Of a stretch of DNA of 64,000 bases, positions 63,255 through 64,000 are shown piece by piece. Origin of the DNA: Takakia lepidozioides. Taxonomy: Eukaryota; Plantae; Bryophyta. How positions within the stretch are numbered: position 1 is the first letter of the stretch; each line of letters begins with the position of its first letter. The translations under genes and the position numbers were made by a program. Below the pieces are notes generated by a model that made no database searches, was not told where the DNA came from, and saw only the letters and a list, made by a program, of their open reading frames with translations. The stretch spans positions 6,820,001 through 6,884,000 of the forward strand of contig CM060732.1 in the NCBI GenBank assembly GCA_030704615.1, in the 5' to 3' direction.

Positions 63255-63970
63255 GAAATGGAAAAATGGCGCCGAATTTCGGTTTTCGGTGACTGCCACC
63301 CTAGGGACTTAGCCATCTGGGAGCCCTGAACTGGAAAATTCGGCGCCTTTTTCCCGGTTTGGCCCGAAGATGGCTAAGTCCCAGAACCGCAATAGGGCTT
63401 GAACTGGAAAAATGGCGCCGAATTTCCAGTTCAGGGCCAGCCACCCTAGGGACTTAGCCCGAAAATGGCTAAGTCCCTGAACGGCAATAGGGCCTAGAAC
63501 TGGAAAATGGCGCCGAATTTCCAGTTCGGGCCAGCCACCCTAGGGACTTAGCCCGAAAATGGCTAAGTCCCTGAACGGCAATAGGGCCTAGAACTGGGAA
63601 AATGGCGCCGAAGTTCCAGTTCGGGGGCCCGCCAGTCTAGGGACTTAGCCCGAAAATGGCTAAGTCCCTGAACGGCAATAGGGCCTAGAACTGGAAAATG
63701 GCGCCGAATTTCCACTTCCGGGCCAACCACCCTAGGACTTAGCCCGAAAATGGCTAAGTCCTGAACGGCAATGGGCCGGAACTGGAAATGCGCCGAATTT
63801 CCAGTTCCGGGCCAGCCAGCTAGGGACTTAGCCCGAAAATGGCCAAGTCCTGAACGGCAATAGGGCCTAGAACTGGAAAATGGCGCCGAATTTCCAGTTC
63901 AGGGCCCAGCCAGTCTAGGGACTTAGCCATTTTCGGAGCCTGACTGGGGAAATTCGGCGCCATTTTCCTA
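63255..63970. repeat. ~95-bp tandem array with two hairpins per unit
   Basis: CTAGG(G)ACTTAGCC starts at 63301, 63446, 63540, 63637, 63732, 63820 and 63915; each unit has GGGACTTAGCC-loop-GGCTAAGTCCC and GAACTGGAAA-GGCGCC-TTTCCAGTTC stems. Confidence 0.9.
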
Positions 63971-64000
63971 ACACCAATGAGGGCCTCTAACATCTGAAAT

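Noticed and set aside
63255-63970. CRISPR array
   Set aside because: Whole units repeat; there are no unique spacers.

Overview
Repeat-dense eukaryotic nuclear DNA from a land plant, probably a non-seed lineage (inferred from the PLS-class PPR, spliceosomal introns and plant transposon families). One apparently intact host gene is present: a five-exon LRR gene of the Arabidopsis At4g03260 (MASP1)/At1g78230 type on the minus strand. It lies head-to-head with a truncated gene fusing an OSB-type PDF motif to PLS-PPR repeats. Almost everything else is nested mobile DNA: a deleted Athila/Tat-like Ty3 LTR element, a MULE-type SWIM transposase with a Ulp1 protease cargo, an L1 LINE, a Dualen/RandI-like LINE, Penelope-like RT copies, CACTA pieces and a 12.6-kb macro-repeat. 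Main candidates for new biology: (i) transposon-associated chromatin/nucleic-acid 'writer' cargo, namely two paralogous bacterial beta-class N4C/N6A DNA-methyltransferase-like genes (one with a GT-AG intron inside its SAM-binding motif and a 95-bp double-hairpin array upstream), a stand-alone SET domain, and a PCIF1-like MTase remnant inside a LINE; (ii) a possible large two-ORF Penelope-like element (RGG-tailed ORF1, RT, a bistable 3' hairpin and GGATG arrays) in head-to-tail copies; (iii) a 6.5-kb inversion with CATG at both breakpoints that, when reversed, rejoins both an L1 and a Penelope RT. All family assignments come from motif recognition by eye, not from database searches. Many ORFs are frameshifted, either from decay or from assembly indels.
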